DNA of 6,833 bases from a virus (taxonomy: Duplodnaviria; Heunggongvirae; Uroviricota; Caudoviricetes): IMG/VR virus record IMGVR_UViG_2645727743_000001, positions 1 through 6,833 of that record. One strand, written 5' to 3'. Below are positions 5,980-6,833 of the stretch, piece by piece (position 1 is the first letter of the stretch; every line of letters starts with the position of its first letter). Position numbers and translations under genes: made by a program. The notes beneath the pieces are model-generated. The model made no database searches. It worked only from the letters and a program-made list of their open reading frames with translations, and was not told the origin of the DNA.

Positions 5980-6387
5980 TTATTTTATTGATTTATTTTT
6001 ACGCGCTTTAAGCATTTCTTCGAAGAGTTTGTTGAAGTTTTCTACTCTTGCGCGCATTTCAGACAGCAAGGCTTCCTGCTCGGAAGATGGAAGAGCATCG
6101 AATAATTCGATCAATTCTTTGTGGTTGGGAGTTAGCTCTGTTTCCACATGAAGTTCTTGTGCAGGCACTGGTGCCTTGTCTTCGTCACCAAACATTAGCC
6201 ATGTAGGTGAGCACTTCAGAGCATCCGCTAAAGCAAACAATCGTTTTCCGACTGGCTGGGTTTCGTCTCTTTCCCATTGTGAAATTGTGACGTGAGCAAC
6301 TCCAGCGAGGCGCGCAGCTTCTCGTTGTGTTAAGCGTAATTCTTTTCGTCGCGCCAGAACTCGCTGGCCTAGGGTTCTTGTATCCAT
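5980..6387 (-). CDS. dicA: HTH XRE-family repressor DicA (135 aa), the CI-like immunity repressor
   Basis: ORF MDTRTLGQRVLARRKELRLTQREAARLAGVAHVTISQWERDETQPVGKRLFALADALKCSPTWLMFGDEDK...EMRARVENFNKLFEEMLKARKNKSIK. It has the same length as K-12 DicA and shares CSPTWxxFGDEDK and EMRARVxNFNKLFEE with it (from memory). Divergent from the dicC-like gene. Weak or absent SD. Confidence 0.85.
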   Translation of the reverse strand: MDTRTLGQRVLARRKELRLTQREAARLAGVAHVTISQWERDETQPVGKRLFALADALKCSPTWLMFGDEDKAPVPAQELHVETELTPNHKELIELFDALPSSEQEALLSEMRARVENFNKLFEEMLKARKNKSIK

Positions 6388-6405
6388 AGTTAGGTAATTC
6401 TAATT
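6388..6405. promoter_or_regulatory. Degenerate operator-like site AGTTAGG-TAAT-TCTAATT abutting the dicA start codon
   Basis: Matches the TGTTAGA-N4-TCTAACA pattern in arm spacing and most arm bases. Lies immediately upstream of the dicA ATG (6385-6387), so it is a candidate autoregulatory site. Confidence 0.35.
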
Positions 6406-6409
6406 TTTC

Positions 6410-6437
6410 TTGACTTAGGTATCCCGCGCACAATAAT
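6410..6437 (+). promoter_or_regulatory. Candidate sigma70 promoter for dicC (-35 TTGACT, 16-nt spacer, -10 AATAAT)
   Basis: TTGACT at 6410-6415 and AATAAT at 6432-6437, read directly. The -10 abuts or overlaps the perfect operator at 6437-6454. Confidence 0.5.
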
Positions 6438-6454
6438 GTTAGAAAAGTCTAACA
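6437..6454. promoter_or_regulatory. Operator palindrome TGTTAGA-AAAG-TCTAACA between the dicC promoter and the dicC SD
   Basis: Perfect 7-bp inverted arms with a 4-bp spacer, identical arms to the site at 5926-5943. Lies directly 5' of the dicC SD AGAGGGGG (6455-6462). Confidence 0.6.
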
Positions 6455-6467
6455 AGAGGGGGCTTTG

Positions 6468-6695
6468 ATGCTTAAAGTTGACGCAATTACTTTTTTTGGC
6501 AGCAAAACAAAGCTTGCCAATGCCGCAGGAGTGAGACTGGCAAGTGTTGCTGCTTGGGGGATACTGGTTCCTGAAGGTCGCGCGATGCGTCTACAGGAGG
6601 CATCTGGCGGGGAGCTTCAGTATGATCCCAAAGTTTATGACGAATATCGTAAGACGAAGCGGGCGGGGCGGTTGAACAATGAAAATCACTCCTGA
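6468..6695 (+). CDS. dicC: DicC / YdaS-like Cro-type regulator (75 aa from ATG at 6468)
   Basis: [78 protein letters not shown]. The ORF track starts at TTG 6465; I prefer the ATG at 6468, 5 nt after SD AGAGGGGG. Divergent from dicA; fits the YdaS/DicC family pattern GSxxKLAxAxGVxxxSVxxW. Confidence 0.8.
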   Translation: MLKVDAITFFGSKTKLANAAGVRLASVAAWGILVPEGRAMRLQEASGGELQYDPKVYDEYRKTKRAGRLNNENHS

Positions 6696-6786
6696 ACAGG
6701 CTCGTGAGGCTCTGGATGCCTGGATATGTCGACCAGTAGACTGGCCCCCTGAATCTCCAGACAACCAGTATCACTTAAATAAGTGA
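6679..6786 (+). CDS. Short 35-aa ORF overlapping the dicC 3' end (possible remnant or small gene)
   Basis: ATG at 6679 to TGA at 6784-6786 gives [35 protein letters not shown]. It overlaps the dicC stop by 17 nt. No SD checked; could be a truncated ydfX/ydaT-like start. Confidence 0.2.
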   Translation: MKITPEQAREALDAWICRPVDWPPESPDNQYHLNK

Positions 6787-6833
6787 TAGTCTTAATACTA
6801 GTTTTTAGACTAGTCATTGGAGAACAGATGATT

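Noticed and set aside
6185-6774. Minus-strand ORFs 6185..6433 and 6487..6774
   Set aside because: The first is an alternative frame inside dicA that runs through the operator and promoter region; the second is antisense to dicC. Neither has a start context.
1-6833. CRISPR arrays, tRNA or rRNA genes
   Set aside because: No spaced direct-repeat array and no tRNA-like or rRNA-like sequence was seen on either strand. tRNA detection by eye is unreliable, so a tRNA scan would be needed to exclude one.

Overview
This window reads as the immunity and early-left region of a Qin-like defective lambdoid prophage from an E. coli-type enterobacterium. All calls rest on reading the sequence and on protein families recalled from memory; no database search was run. 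Gene order, right to left on the minus strand, is: dicA-like repressor (divergent from a dicC/Cro-like gene on the plus strand), ydfA-like, ydfB-like, ydfC-like, a low-GC 201-aa gene of unknown function, a DicF-like sRNA terminator region, dicB, ydfD, a full-length 826-aa YdfE-like protein with a C-terminal DEDDh exonuclease domain, xis, and the 5' part of int running off the left edge. Four copies of a TGTTAGA-N4-TCTAACA operator-like palindrome flank dicA. The most interesting feature is the low-GC cargo inserted between ydfC and the DicF region: the unrecognised 201-aa gene plus a convergent 63-aa ORF with a strong Shine-Dalgarno whose 3' end overlaps it by 23 bp. No CRISPR array, tRNA or rRNA was seen.
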